Shown piece by piece: positions 63,818 through 64,000 of a stretch of 64,000 nt of DNA. The DNA is taken from sequence record ON528735. One strand, given 5' to 3'. The position numbers were made by a program, and so were the translations under genes. The notes beneath the pieces were generated by a model, which saw nothing but the letters and a program-made list of their open reading frames with translations, did no database searches and was not told the origin of the DNA. Each line of letters starts with the position of its first letter. Position 1 is the first letter of the stretch. Source of the DNA: Shigella phage ESh25.

Positions 63818-64000
63818 TTATCTCATTTCAATAAAATCTACAAGTTCAGCATGGGATTTACGGAACATTACTTGATGCCCACCAATGATAACTTGGTCAT
63901 CTGGCACTTCATAAATCGCAATGTACATTCCACGTTCTTTTAAGTCTTCACGCTCTTCTCGAGTGAACCATCTCATCATATCATATTCACTAGCGAAAGC
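63818..64000 (-). CDS. hypothetical protein, 5'-truncated at window edge (C-terminal about 60 aa)
   Basis: Frame open to window end; stop at 63818-63820 just upstream of the next start. Confidence 0.4.
   Translation of the reverse strand, partial: AFASEYDMMRWFTREEREDLKERGMYIAIYEVPDDQVIIGGHQVMFRKSHAELVDFIEMR

Overview
This window reads as a contiguous 64 kb segment of a T-even (T4-like, Tevenvirinae) coliphage genome, collinear with the T4 map from uvsW through gene 39 and motB. All calls rest on reading the six-frame translations and the DNA by eye against remembered T4 gene order, protein lengths and motifs; no database search was possible. Plus-strand genes are late structural genes: baseplate 51-27-28-29-48-54 and long tail fibre 34-35-36-37-38, plus holin t. 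Minus-strand genes are the early/middle block: uvsY, 25, 26, two tandem alt-type ADP-ribosyltransferases, DNA ligase 30, rIII, 31, cd, pseT, a spanin pair, alc, rnlA, denA, nrdB, nrdA, td, frd, 32, 59, 33, dsbA, rnh, asiA, arn, motA, 52, ac, stp, ndd, denB, rIIB, rIIA and 39. The tail-fibre tip is T2/T6-type rather than T4-type, gene 39 is uninterrupted, and td and nrdB carry no intron or homing endonuclease. No single new system could be pinned down; the most interesting candidates are the alt paralogue pair with a nearby NADAR-like protein, repeated early-promoter/stem-loop cassettes, and several clusters of small uncharacterised ORFs. The window contains no rRNA, tRNA or CRISPR array.
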